DNA of 63,936 nt, counting the filler, from Dicyema japonicum (taxonomy: Eukaryota > Animalia > Dicyemida), in assembly GCA_011109175.1 (NCBI GenBank). It is 5 parts of 5 records of this genome, joined end to end, with 100 filler letters (N's around TTAATTAATTAA, not from the genome) between each part and the next. Parts side by side here need not be neighbours in the genome. Positions count along the whole stretch, not along the records: positions 59,283 to 63,936 come from RDEW01000305.1; 4 more parts are not named here. One strand, 5' to 3'. Numbering within the stretch: position 1 is the first letter of the stretch; every line of letters begins with the position of its first letter. This document shows, in pieces, positions 62,867-63,936 of the stretch. A model generated the notes under the pieces. That model did no database searches. It worked only from the letters and a program-made list of their open reading frames with translations, and was not told where the DNA came from. The translations under genes were made by a program, and so were the position numbers.

Positions 62867-63936
62867 CTAGAATGTTATATGAAAGTATTAGCCATGTGGT
62901 GCTATGTGGTTACTCGATTGAAGATTTTTTGTTTGTTTCTACAGTTCCTCCTCTTCCCTTTTTAATAGAGTAGCATCATGTGATCCACCTGTCTCAGGTG
63001 GTTCTCATGCCGTAGTGGCATATATATAAAGGATCATTTGCAAGGAATGGACGTCTTATACCTTTTTTGGTGGTTCTGGATGGACTTGTCGATATTAGAA
63101 GGACTCTGTTTGTCTGACAGTGGGAACTGGATACACTTAATTAGTAGTTAACTCTTTGTCAAAATACTGGACAATTTTATCACCAATCTTGTAAATTCTG
63201 CCAATTTCGTCATTCAAAGCAAGAGAAAAGCATTCCCGGTTCTCCACGTTTCAAATAATTCTCTGAATTTTATGCAGTAAACGCAGACAAAACGTCTAGT
63301 GAGTCCGACAAACAATGTTTCCTTTTTGTTGAATTTCCCCGCTTTGCAGATAACCAAGATATTTTCATCTTTGAGTCGTCCCATGTTAACCAGAATTGTG
63401 TTAGATTTATTTAAAAAGATGGCTGCATTGTGAGTGGCGGCTGTAATATCATGAACAGTCGTTTCCCCAAAATACCAATATCAGATAATCTCATCATGCA
63501 TCAGTACCACGTGGATATCAGTGATTGTGATAAAAAACATCGTTGTTATTGGTTGGAGTAAACTTTCCTTTTGATAACGTGATCTTAGACAGTTTCTCCG
63601 AAGTACTTAGAAGTCAGGAGTTCAAAAAAGTTCCACACTAGTCTTGACCATTAGAACAGTCTGTTTTTGTCTACAATGGAAATATTTATGTCTGAAAGTT
63701 TTATGTCTGAAAGTTTGGTGTATTTGGTACCCAGATAAGATCTCAGAGGCGTACCCAAATATGAGAGAAGTGAGCAAGAAGGTCCAGTATTTGGCACTAA
63801 AGGGGCGAACAAATGTTCTTCCAAAATATTTAGGTAACTATTTTTTGAAATTCTCACATTTCACAGTATTTGGAACATTACCAAATACTTTTAGAGAATG
63901 GGGAGAATAACCCTTCCCGGTTGTAGTAATAAGCAC

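Noticed and set aside
60500-63600. Coding-like stretches at 60.5-61.4 kb and 63.0-63.6 kb
   Set aside because: Many stops in all frames and no motif I can name; left unannotated.

Overview
This is AT-rich animal genomic DNA from a gapped draft scaffold, not prokaryotic DNA. It contains N-runs, an artificial TTAATTAATTAA spacer and single-N contig joins. Host genes are split by very short GT-AG introns, mostly 22-26 nt, which is why the ORF track fragments them. Together with a spectraplakin and an animal-type CYP51, this best fits a dicyemid-like mesozoan (inference). Genes I could reconstruct by hand: CYP51, NAP1, a miniature spectraplakin, MOGS (lesioned, 5' end lost in a gap), EB1/MAPRE (3' end lost in a gap), a PNPLA2-like lipase, a REXO4/ISG20-like exonuclease missing its catalytic residues, a cathepsin L-like 3' end, a C2H2 zinc-finger gene and a GCNT pseudogene. 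Much of the rest of the window is decayed transposons: RTE, Ingi/Vingi-like (two carry 2A StopGo motifs), CRE and R4/NeSL-like non-LTR elements, a tRNA-derived SINE family, hAT and pogo MITEs, a foldback-like palindrome and probable Gypsy remnants. I found no convincing new multi-gene system. The best leads are the micro-intron architecture with an 18-nt candidate intron, the DEDDh pseudo-nuclease, the 2A-bearing LINEs, a twin-priming-type inverted RTE, a templated cathepsin insertion with a 26-bp target duplication, and a 24-bp inverted repeat bracketing an RTE plus SINE. All translations and alignments were done by eye, and comparisons with known proteins are from memory.
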